NCBI GenBank assembly: GCA_963842505.1
Contig: CAWJGZ010000001.1
Coordinates: 2,025,919 to 2,089,918, forward strand
Length of the DNA: 64,000 bases
Origin: Bryobacterales bacterium
Lineage (GTDB): Bacteria; Acidobacteriota; Terriglobia; Bryobacterales; Bryobacteraceae
Direction: 5' to 3'
Below are positions 19,695 to 27,121 of the stretch, one piece after another (position 1 is the first letter of the stretch; every line of letters starts with the position of its first letter). A program made the position numbers and the translations under genes. The notes beneath the pieces are model-generated. The model saw only the letters and a program-made list of their open reading frames with translations, was not told the DNA's origin and searched no databases.

Positions 19695-19844
19695 CTCAAC
19701 GCTCATGCAATTCCTCGCGGCTCCAATGGATCACGCCGCGGATGTGGCGATCTGGCGCGCGCCGGATGCGATCGAGAAACCGCCGTTTGGCCTTCTCAGA
19801 ATCTGGATCTCGATCCATCATTTGGCGAAGGGCTTCGGCCAGGG
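19695..19844 (-). pseudogene. 3' part of a small ORF split by the IS110-family element
   Basis: Minus-strand reading ACC CTG GCC GAA ... CGT TGA gives TLAEALRQMMDRDPDSEKAKRRFLDRIRRAPDRHIRGVIHWSREELHER*. It is in the same codon phase as the 5' part at 21572..21608. Confidence 0.7.
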
Positions 19845-21571
19845 TCAATACTGTTCAGTTAAGTGGGACATCCATGATAAGGGCTTGTCAAGTGCAAACA
19901 GAACTTTCCCTGCACTTGGAAGAGAATCCTGAAGCACCACAGTCCATCCTGCGAATTGCCCGGCGATCTTCGGTTGGCGATCCGTTGCGAGTTGGGCCAA
20001 CGCAGCAGCGTGACCAGACATCCATTTGCGGGAACAGCTCGGGGCCGTCCTCGATGATTGAGTTTGGGTGAACCGGCCGGCCCAGAAACAGACCCTAGGC
20101 CACATGGGGAGGGAAGCCCTCCTTGGTGCAGTCCCACTTACGCCGGGAACGGCCGGTGGATCGCTGACCCATGGTGGTTTTCTTAAGCCGCCTTCTCGAC
20201 CTCCACTTTGGCCCCCGATGGAGCGTGGGGCTGGAACGGCTGGCCGGACTTGTCGACCGCCAACAGATACGCCACCAGCTTCCGCGCCACCGCCAGGGTG
20301 GCCCGGTTGCGATTCCCGCGCTCCACTTCCCGCGCGTGTACCGCCGCCAATTGCGGGTTCCACCGCGGCGCCACCTTCGCCGCTTCGACCAGCACCGTCT
20401 GCAGATGCGCGTTGCGCTGTTTCGAGATCGGTGCCCGCTGCTGGTGGTCGGCCGAGGCCACCTGTGCCGAGGTCAGCCCGCAGTAGCTCACCGCCTTCGC
20501 CACCGAGGAGAAGCGGTGCGGGTTGCCCACTTCCAGAATCCACGTCAGCGCCGTCACCGGCCCCACCCCGCGAATGCTGCCCAGCATCCTCACCCGCTTG
20601 CTCAGCAGTGGATCTTTTTGCAGCCTGGCCAGTAACTGCCGCTGCGTGGCTTCGAACATCTCCATCGCCCCGCGGCTCAGCCGCAGCAGCTCCTTCACCG
20701 ATTCCGGCACCTCTTCCAGGCGGTCCAGCAGTTCCGTGAAGTAGGACTTGCCGTGCAGCCGCTGCTTGTTGTACTCCGCTCCCGTTTCCATCAGCAGGCC
20801 GCTCATCTTGTTCTGCAGGCGCACCGACTGCGCCACCACCAGGTTGCGGTAGCGCAGCAACCGCCGCAACTCGCGGATTTCCACCGGCGCCACGTAGCAC
20901 GCCGGCAGTAAGTTGCACCGCACCAGGTCGGCGATCTTCCGCGCGTCCAGCCGGTCGTTCTTCTTCTTGGAGGCGCCGATGGCCTTCATCATCGCCGGGT
21001 GTCCCATCTGCAGCTCCGCCGCAAAGGGCTTCCACGTGTCGTAGATCCAGCCGCTGAACAGCGTCGCTTCCATCGCGCCCTGCCACGGCTCCTGGCGTCG
21101 CTGGGCCCACTGGCGCAGCGTGTCGTGCGTGGCTCGCAACTTGCCCTCCTCGACAATCTGCCCGTCGGAGGTCTTCACGCAGTAGCTGATGGTTTTCTTG
21201 TGGACATCGAATCCGATATAGTGGTTGACGTTCATGGGGTTCTCCTGTTTGAGGTTTCCGAGCCGGCTGTTCCGAGCCGGTCTCGGCATTGTACCCTTCA
21301 GGAGAACCCTTCGCCATCGCAGCCCTTATACATTCAAACAGGCCATCGCTTTTCGTGGCCTGTTGCAGAGGGCCGTCGGCCCGCGAGATTTCATGAAAGA
21401 GTGCGCCGAGCCTCGCTGCTCGTGGAGCGGGCCTCCGGCCCGCAACGCCGGCTTTCCAGCCGGCGCCCCGCATTTTCGACCCCGTCATGCTTAGCTGAAG
21501 AGGGCGCTTGACAGACGACTAAAACCGATCGTCTGTCCCACCCCCGACGCCGGCTTAAGTGAACAGCATTG
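19845..21571 (-). mobile_element. IS110-family insertion sequence (1727 bp)
   Basis: The ends CAATACTGTTCAGTTAAG (19845..19862) and CTTAAGTGAACAGCATTG (21554..21571) are inverted repeats (16/18). They are flanked by direct copies CGGCCAGGGT (19835..19844) and CGGCTAGGGT (21572..21581). The element has a single DEDD-type transposase gene and long non-coding arms on both sides. Confidence 0.8.
20183..21235 (-). CDS. IS110-family (DEDD) transposase
   Basis: 350 aa from the ATG at 21235, with AGGAG upstream. The N-terminus is MNVNHYIGFDVHKKT (IS110 N-terminal DEDD domain). The C-terminal part has L.SIRGVGPVTA and SYCGLTS...SADHQQRAPISKQRNAHLQ (Transposase_20-like). Confidence 0.9.
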   Translation of the reverse strand: MNVNHYIGFDVHKKTISYCVKTSDGQIVEEGKLRATHDTLRQWAQRRQEPWQGAMEATLFSGWIYDTWKPFAAELQMGHPAMMKAIGASKKKNDRLDARKIADLVRCNLLPACYVAPVEIRELRRLLRYRNLVVAQSVRLQNKMSGLLMETGAEYNKQRLHGKSYFTELLDRLEEVPESVKELLRLSRGAMEMFEATQRQLLARLQKDPLLSKRVRMLGSIRGVGPVTALTWILEVGNPHRFSSVAKAVSYCGLTSAQVASADHQQRAPISKQRNAHLQTVLVEAAKVAPRWNPQLAAVHAREVERGNRNRATLAVARKLVAYLLAVDKSGQPFQPHAPSGAKVEVEKAA

Positions 21572-21608
21572 CGGCTAGGGTGAGGTTCTTGCGATCCGCC
21601 ATCTTCAT
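21572..21608 (-). pseudogene. 5' part of the small ORF split by the IS110-family element
   Basis: The minus strand reads ATG AAG ATG GCG GAT CGC AAG AAC CTC ACC CTA GCC and then runs into the IS end, stopping after AMLFT. Confidence 0.65.
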
Positions 21609-21817
21609 GCAATTCAGTCTCTCACGGAAACGCCTGGCCTTGGCCCCAGCCTCCGCATTTCCGGCATTACCGCGGTGGGCGATCCCCAAGAAGCGCAAGT
21701 GGCGCTTCGGGCGCTCTTGTGGCGCACGCACTCGTGCGTGCCGTGTCCCCACTCTTGGGGACACGCAGCGGGCTCGACTTCGGATTTTCAGAGTCTAATA
21801 ATAATGAAGTTAAGGAA

Positions 21818-24259
21818 ATGGCCGTTTTTCTGGACGACCTCCGTTTTGGGATGCGCATGCTGCGCAAGAGCCCCGGGCTGACGGTGGCGGCAGTGGCGAC
21901 TCTGGCACTCGGAATCGGCGCGACCAGCGCGGTCTTCAGCATCGTGAATGCGGCCATGTTGCGGCCGCTGCCCTATCCCGATCCGCAGCAGCTGGTGGTG
22001 ATATGGGGAACGGACAACCGCCAGGTCGGGTCGAGCCTGGCGCCCATTGCCAACAGGCTGCCACGCAACAAGACCATGACCCGCACCGACGTGGCCGAGC
22101 GGTGGCGCGCCGTGAGCCGGTCGCTCGAGCACATCGTGTGGTATCGCAGTTGGAAGTTCAGCCTGACCAGCGGCGGCGAGCCGGAGCGGGTCAACTTGGG
22201 GTTGGTTTCCGCCGGGTTCTTCGAGTGCCTGGGTGTGTCGCCGCTGATGGGACGCGGCTTTCAAGCTTCCGAGATCGCTCCGGGTAACGATCAGGTGGCG
22301 TTGATTTCGAGCGGGTTGTGGCGGCGGCGATTTGGCGGCGACCCGCAAATCGTCGGCAAGAGCATCGTGCTCGATGGCATCCCGTACAACGTGATCGGAG
22401 TGATGCCGGAGAGCTTCCAGGCCTTCGTGCCGTATATGTTCGACAAGGTGGATGTGTGGGCGCCCGTCAGCCGCACATTTGAGGCAAAGCGGCAGTGGGA
22501 AGTGGTGTCGGCGGTGGGGCGTTTGAAGCCAGGCGTGACCTTGCCGCAGGCGCAGGCCGAAATGGACGCCGTGTGCAAGCGGCTGGAACCCGAAGGCCGC
22601 GCGTTCCGTGGGCACGGCGTGAACCTGGTGCCGCTGGACCGTGAAATGGTGTCGGGCGTGCGTAGCGCGCTGCTGATTTTGTGCGGCGCGGTAGGGTGCA
22701 TTCTGCTGATCGCGTGCGCCAACCTGGCGGGTCTGATGCTGGCGCGCACGTCGGCGCGGCAAAAGGAGATCGCCGTGCGCACGGTAATGGGTGCCGGGCG
22801 CGGGCGGCTGGTGCGGCAGTTGATCACGGAGTGCATGCTGCTGGCGGCGATTGGCGGCGCGCTGGGGCTGGCGCTCTCCATCTGGATTGCACGTGCCATC
22901 GTGTTGCTGCATCCGCCAGGGATTCCGCGGATGGACCAGGTGCGGCCGGATGCGGCGGTCTTTCTGTTTGGCCTTGCCATTTCGCTGCTCTCCGGCGTGC
23001 TGTTCGCGCTCATTCCGGCGCTGCAATTTTCGCGCGGCGATGTGAATGAAGTGATCAAGCGAGGCGCGGCTCACGGCGGCCGGGCCAATCGCATGCTGGC
23101 GCCGCGCAGTCTGCTGGTGGTGGCGGAGATCGGCCTGGCGCTCGTGCTGCTGATCGGCGCCAGCCTGCTGCTGCGCAGCTTCGCCCTGTTGAAGGCGGTG
23201 GACCCCGGCTTCCAGCCGGAGCGGCTGCTGACCATGACCATTCCGCTGCCGAGCGAGGTGTACCGCGAGGGGCCGCAGCAGGCGGAGTTCGCCGCGCAAC
23301 TGCTGGAGCGGGTCCGCATGGTTCCCGGAGTGCAATCGGCCGCGGTGAGCAACTCGCTGCCCTTGGCCACTAGCTTCATCATGAGCGCGAACGTCGAAAT
23401 CGAGGGCCGACAACTCTCGGCCACGGAATCGTCGGTGGGCGTGCGCGCGGTGACGGCGGGGTACTTTCGTACCATGGGGATCGCGGTAGTGCGGGGCCGC
23501 GAGTTCGCGGAGGCCGACGAAGGGCGGAAAGACGGCGTGATCGTCAATCAGACCACGGCGCGCCACTTTTGGCCCGGCGAGGATCCCATGGGGCGGCAAA
23601 TTTCGATGGAGAAAGAAAAACCCAGGACGGTGATCGGCATGGTGGCGGACGTGAAGAACCTGGGCTTGGATGCCGGCACGGGCACCGAGATTTACGTGCC
23701 GTTCGTGGAAGAGCCGACAACCTACGTCGGTCTCGCAGTGCGCACCGTGGGCGAGCCGGGTGGCGCGGTGGCCGCGGTCCGCGGCATCGTGCGCGGCCTG
23801 GACCGCAACCAGGCGGTGGACAACGTGGCCAGCATGCGCGAAGTTCTGGGCGAATACGTGGAGCGGCCGCGGTTCAACCTGGTGCTGCTGGGTTCGTTCG
23901 CGGCACTCGCACTGGCGCTGGCGATGGTCGGCGTCTACGGAGTGGTGGCCTATTCGGTGTCGCAGCGGACGCATGAGATCGGGATTCGCATGGCGCTCGG
24001 CGCGGAGAAAGGAGTGGTCTTGCGGATGATCGTGGGCCACGGCGCGACGCTGGCGGGCGCCGGTATCACGCTGGGGCTGGCCGGATCGTACGCGGCGACG
24101 CGGGTCCTGGGGAGCATGTTGTACGGCGTCACCGCGCATGATGCGGCCACGTTCACCGCGGTGCCGGTCCTGCTTCTGGCGGTATGTCTGGCGGCCAGCT
24201 ACATTCCGGCGCGGCGTGCAGCCAGGGTGGATCCGATGGTCGCGCTGCGGCACGAGTAA
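21818..24259 (+). CDS. ADOP / MacB-like FtsX-family permease (complete)
   Basis: Start at the internal ATG at 21818 (MAVFLDDLRFGMRMLRKSPGLTVAAVATLALGIGATSAVFSIVNAAMLRPLPYPDP). There are two FtsX-type 4-TM modules, each preceded by a MacB_PCD-like region (VSAGFFECLGVSPLMGRGF; VTAGYFRTMGIAVVRGREF). The C-terminal ARRAARVDPMVALRHE is typical. Confidence 0.9.
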   Translation: MAVFLDDLRFGMRMLRKSPGLTVAAVATLALGIGATSAVFSIVNAAMLRPLPYPDPQQLVVIWGTDNRQVGSSLAPIANRLPRNKTMTRTDVAERWRAVSRSLEHIVWYRSWKFSLTSGGEPERVNLGLVSAGFFECLGVSPLMGRGFQASEIAPGNDQVALISSGLWRRRFGGDPQIVGKSIVLDGIPYNVIGVMPESFQAFVPYMFDKVDVWAPVSRTFEAKRQWEVVSAVGRLKPGVTLPQAQAEMDAVCKRLEPEGRAFRGHGVNLVPLDREMVSGVRSALLILCGAVGCILLIACANLAGLMLARTSARQKEIAVRTVMGAGRGRLVRQLITECMLLAAIGGALGLALSIWIARAIVLLHPPGIPRMDQVRPDAAVFLFGLAISLLSGVLFALIPALQFSRGDVNEVIKRGAAHGGRANRMLAPRSLLVVAEIGLALVLLIGASLLLRSFALLKAVDPGFQPERLLTMTIPLPSEVYREGPQQAEFAAQLLERVRMVPGVQSAAVSNSLPLATSFIMSANVEIEGRQLSATESSVGVRAVTAGYFRTMGIAVVRGREFAEADEGRKDGVIVNQTTARHFWPGEDPMGRQISMEKEKPRTVIGMVADVKNLGLDAGTGTEIYVPFVEEPTTYVGLAVRTVGEPGGAVAAVRGIVRGLDRNQAVDNVASMREVLGEYVERPRFNLVLLGSFAALALALAMVGVYGVVAYSVSQRTHEIGIRMALGAEKGVVLRMIVGHGATLAGAGITLGLAGSYAATRVLGSMLYGVTAHDAATFTAVPVLLLAVCLAASYIPARRAARVDPMVALRHE

Positions 24260-24305
24260 GCGGGCGGTCCGGACACATACGAAGGGATCGCGTGAACCAG
24301 CGGTC

Positions 24306-24539
24306 CTAATTCCACGCGAGGGGGCGAACGTGATTGAAGTTCAACGCGTCGGCGCCGCAGTGCTGCAATGCGAGTTGGAGTTCCACGTCGGCAGTCAGCA
24401 CCAAAATCCCTCGGGAACAGACTGTTGCGATGGCAGCATCAGTCAATCCGAGGCGCTCGAATAAAGGGTGGGCGACCAGCACTCTGCTCGGGGCGTACGT
24501 CGAGCCGGAGCTCCTCGTGGTGATCTGGGGGACCATCAA
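24306..24539 (-). pseudogene. probable N-terminally truncated PIN-like toxin remnant
   Basis: The 77-aa ORF contains ...FERLGLTDAAIATVCSRGILVLTADVELQLALQHCGADALNFNHVR, which resembles the C-terminal half of PIN-like domain proteins. Its first ~15 codons are antisense to an ADOP-like fragment, so the ORF start is not native. The family assignment is weak. Confidence 0.3.
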
Positions 24540-24564
24540 CCGCCAGATCGGATCGATCCTGGCA
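24496..24564 (+). pseudogene. short remnant of an ADOP permease N-terminal region
   Basis: The translation YVEPELLVVIWGTINRQIGSILAG parallels YPDPQQLVVIWGTDNRQVGSSLAP of the intact gene (about 21972..22043). The DNA is also visibly similar (GTGGTGAT.TGGGG.AC...CAACCGCCAG.TCGG.TCGA.CCTGGC). Confidence 0.4.
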
Positions 24565-24578
24565 GGCGCCAGATCCCA

Positions 24579-25505
24579 TCAATTCTCGGTGGGCCGTTCC
24601 GCGTGATCGATCACCAAGACCTCGACCTGACCTTTGCCCATCTCAAGCTTCAGCCCAAGCTTAGCCTGCAAAACTTCAAAAATCGACGGCGCACCCGGAC
24701 CATTAGGCTGGGACGCGCCGGGAGCGTCGGCGCCGCCGCCTTCTTGCCCGAGGTCGAACTCGATCTGAAAGTCATATCGCCCGCCGAGTCCCGTCTTATC
24801 GATAACCGGGCGGTCAACCATTCGGGAGAGCACGACGTCCGTTAACTGCTTCATCGTGCCCCCGTGCGAAATCACGGTTATGGTTGACCCGGTGAGTCGG
24901 TACCCCGACCCGCAGTAATTAGGTCGAGGTTGGCCCGGCGTCGCAATGGGCGCCGGCGGATGGCTCGGATCCATGGGAACACAGCTTCCTTCCTTGGCCG
25001 ATTCCAACTTCGGGCCGTTCTTCACCACCGTCAGAAAATACACTGGAACTTCTTTCGTTTCGCGATGGACCCTCAGTTTGAACCGATCCTCCAGAAGCGC
25101 CCGCAGCATCGGCCCGGCCATTCGCGGAAACGGCGCATCGTCTTCGGCCTTGGCCGCAACGTCATAGGGGTCGGAAACCACCCAGCCGGGGCCGCCTGTT
25201 ATGTCGGGCATCGTCGTACTGATTGTCATGCCGTCGGCGAACACGCCATAGGAGGTCATTATGAGACCCATCAGCGTCTGGCATTCCAAGTTGATCCGGC
25301 CGGGAGATCCAGGCCTCGCTCCGCCCCGCCGTGTGCCGCAAGCCGTGTTCCGCTTGACGGAGGCGACTTCGAATTGCGGCGCCGGGGCAGAACCCTGCGC
25401 CTGCATCGCGGGGACGACGAACACTCCTACGCTGATCAGGCCCAGCAAGAAGTTGCACGCTGTCACGCCCGTATCGTAGCGCGCGCGATTGTTGACGTCA
25501 ACCAT
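24579..25505 (-). CDS. TIGR03435-family protein (soil/Acidobacteria-specific paralogous family)
   Basis: 308 aa. Contains the signal-like LLGLISVGVFVVPAMQAQG, then PQFEVASVKRN, DRFKLRVHRETKEVPVYFL, VVKNGPKL, GGTMKQLTDVL.., VIDKTGLGGRYDFQIEF and LGLKLE...VEVLVIDHAERPTEN, which together are hallmark blocks of this family. The first in-frame ATG lies inside the IS target duplication. Confidence 0.8.
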   Translation of the reverse strand: MVDVNNRARYDTGVTACNFLLGLISVGVFVVPAMQAQGSAPAPQFEVASVKRNTACGTRRGGARPGSPGRINLECQTLMGLIMTSYGVFADGMTISTTMPDITGGPGWVVSDPYDVAAKAEDDAPFPRMAGPMLRALLEDRFKLRVHRETKEVPVYFLTVVKNGPKLESAKEGSCVPMDPSHPPAPIATPGQPRPNYCGSGYRLTGSTITVISHGGTMKQLTDVVLSRMVDRPVIDKTGLGGRYDFQIEFDLGQEGGGADAPGASQPNGPGAPSIFEVLQAKLGLKLEMGKGQVEVLVIDHAERPTEN

Positions 25506-25518
25506 ACTCGCACCGCCG

Positions 25519-27044
25519 TGTCGCTAGTATGTGAGTTGTCCGGTCGAGTTCACACGTGATCTGTCCGCTTGAGCCGGGGCGGGTGATGCTGGGTGGTGGA
25601 CGAAACCCAGCAGTACTCCGCTGCCGAGTTGGAGCGGATGATGAAAGTTCAAGACGTGTTGTTGAAGGCAATGGCGAAGAAGATCACTTGGTGGGCGGCG
25701 GCAGAAATCATCGGGGTGACGGATCGGACCATGCGCCGGTGGCGGGGGCGACTGGAGAGGGATGGCTATACCGGCTTGGCCGACCGGCGCAGGGGGAAGC
25801 CGAGCGCGCAGCGTATTCCTCTGGCAACCGTAGAGAAGGTGCTGGGGCTCTACAAAGAAACCTACTACGACCTGAACATCCGGCACTTCCACGAAAAGCT
25901 GCAGGCGGAACACGCGATCCAGTTGAGCTACACCTGGGTACAGAAAGCGCTGCAAGGAGCCGGCTTGGTGGCCAAACGGCACAAGCGGGGGCCGCACCGG
26001 CGGAGGCGGCCGCGACGGCCGTTGCCTGGGATGCTGCTGCACATCGACGGCAGCAAGCATCGCTGGCTGAACGACGATCGCTGGTATGACCTGATCGTGA
26101 TTCTGGACGACGCCACCAGTGAGATCTACTACGCGCAGTTGGTGGAGGAGGAATCGACGCGGACGGTGATGGCCGGCTTGCGCGAGGTGATCGAAAAGCA
26201 GGGCCTGTTCTGCGCCTTGTACAGCGACCGGGGGAGTCACTTTTTCGTCACGGTGAAGGAAGGGGAAAAGGTGGATAAGCACCGTCTGACACAGGTTGGG
26301 CGGGCGATGAAGGAGTTGGGAGTGCAGATGATCGCGGCCTATTCGCCGCAGGCGCGGGGGCGGTCGGAGCGCAGTTTTGGGACTTGGCAAGGGCGCTTGC
26401 CGCAGGAACTCCGACTGGCAGGGATCACCACCGCAGAGGGCGCCAATGTTTTTCTGCGGGAACGGTACATCGGGGAGTTTAACGGCAAGTTCCAAGTGCC
26501 GGCGGCGGAGAAAGGCACGGCGTTTCGGCGCACCAGCCGGACCGACCTGAACTGGATCTTCACGGTGCAAACTGAGCGCGTGGTGGAAAAGGACAACACC
26601 GTGGCAGTCAGAGACCGGTGGTGGCAGATCAACAAAACACGATTCCGCAACAGCCTGGCGGGAAGCACGGTAACGATCCACGAACACCTGGATGGAACCG
26701 TTTCGATCCGCTACGGCCCTCACGTAGTGGGCCGCTATAGCCCCACGGGAGAAAAGCTGGTCAGCGCGACACCCAAAGAGCGCCGTGGAAAAGGCGGGAG
26801 TGTGGAAGCCGGCGAAAACCAAAAGCAGGTTTCCACCGGCTTCCACACTCCCTTGGAAATCCCGCAACAGACGCGGGATTCCCCCTTTCCCACCGCGCCG
26901 ACTACGGCTTCTGTTTTGAGCAAAACCAAAGCAAAGGCCAAACCCAAAACCCACAAGGCGGCGGCCTAAAGGCCGCATCGCTTTGTTTCACAAAGCGGAC
27001 AGATCACTAATTATTAAAACCGGACAACTTGACTTGTTAACGAC
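25519..27044 (+). mobile_element. IS1202/ISNCY-like insertion sequence (about 1526 bp) with an 18-bp target-site duplication
   Basis: Direct repeats ACCATACTCGCACCGCCG at 25501..25518 and 27045..27062. The imperfect ~55-bp terminal inverted repeats both start GTCG and share the blocks AGTTGTCCGGT and GTGATCTGTCCGCTT. One transposase gene. Confidence 0.85.
25593..26969 (+). CDS. ISNCY/IS1202-group DDE transposase (HTH plus rve integrase core)
   Basis: 458 aa with a GTG start. The N-terminal HTH region is AAEIIGVTDRTMRRWRGRLERDGYTGLADRR. The DDE core has LLHIDGSKHRWL, ILDDATSEIYYAQ, LYSDRGSHF and YSPQARGRSERSFGTWQGRL. Confidence 0.85.
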   Translation: MVDETQQYSAAELERMMKVQDVLLKAMAKKITWWAAAEIIGVTDRTMRRWRGRLERDGYTGLADRRRGKPSAQRIPLATVEKVLGLYKETYYDLNIRHFHEKLQAEHAIQLSYTWVQKALQGAGLVAKRHKRGPHRRRRPRRPLPGMLLHIDGSKHRWLNDDRWYDLIVILDDATSEIYYAQLVEEESTRTVMAGLREVIEKQGLFCALYSDRGSHFFVTVKEGEKVDKHRLTQVGRAMKELGVQMIAAYSPQARGRSERSFGTWQGRLPQELRLAGITTAEGANVFLRERYIGEFNGKFQVPAAEKGTAFRRTSRTDLNWIFTVQTERVVEKDNTVAVRDRWWQINKTRFRNSLAGSTVTIHEHLDGTVSIRYGPHVVGRYSPTGEKLVSATPKERRGKGGSVEAGENQKQVSTGFHTPLEIPQQTRDSPFPTAPTTASVLSKTKAKAKPKTHKAAA

Positions 27045-27121
27045 ACCATACTCGCACCGCCGCAGCTCTGGCCGCCTGCGTTGCGTGACCGTCTCCTTTT
27101 CTAATAAGCTGCGGTGCCTGG

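Noticed and set aside
19845-21488. 547-aa minus-strand ORF spanning the IS110 element
   Set aside because: It is out of frame with the transposase on the same strand. It is rich in Gly/Ala/Arg/Pro. The frame carrying MNVNHYIGFDVHK and the C-terminal IS110 motifs is the real one.
21788-24253. 821-aa minus-strand ORF
   Set aside because: It mirrors the ADOP permease gene almost end to end. It is extremely Arg/His/Gln-rich. The plus-strand product carries all the family motifs.
25524-26978. 484-aa minus-strand ORF inside the IS1202-like element
   Set aside because: It is antisense to the DDE transposase gene and has no motifs.
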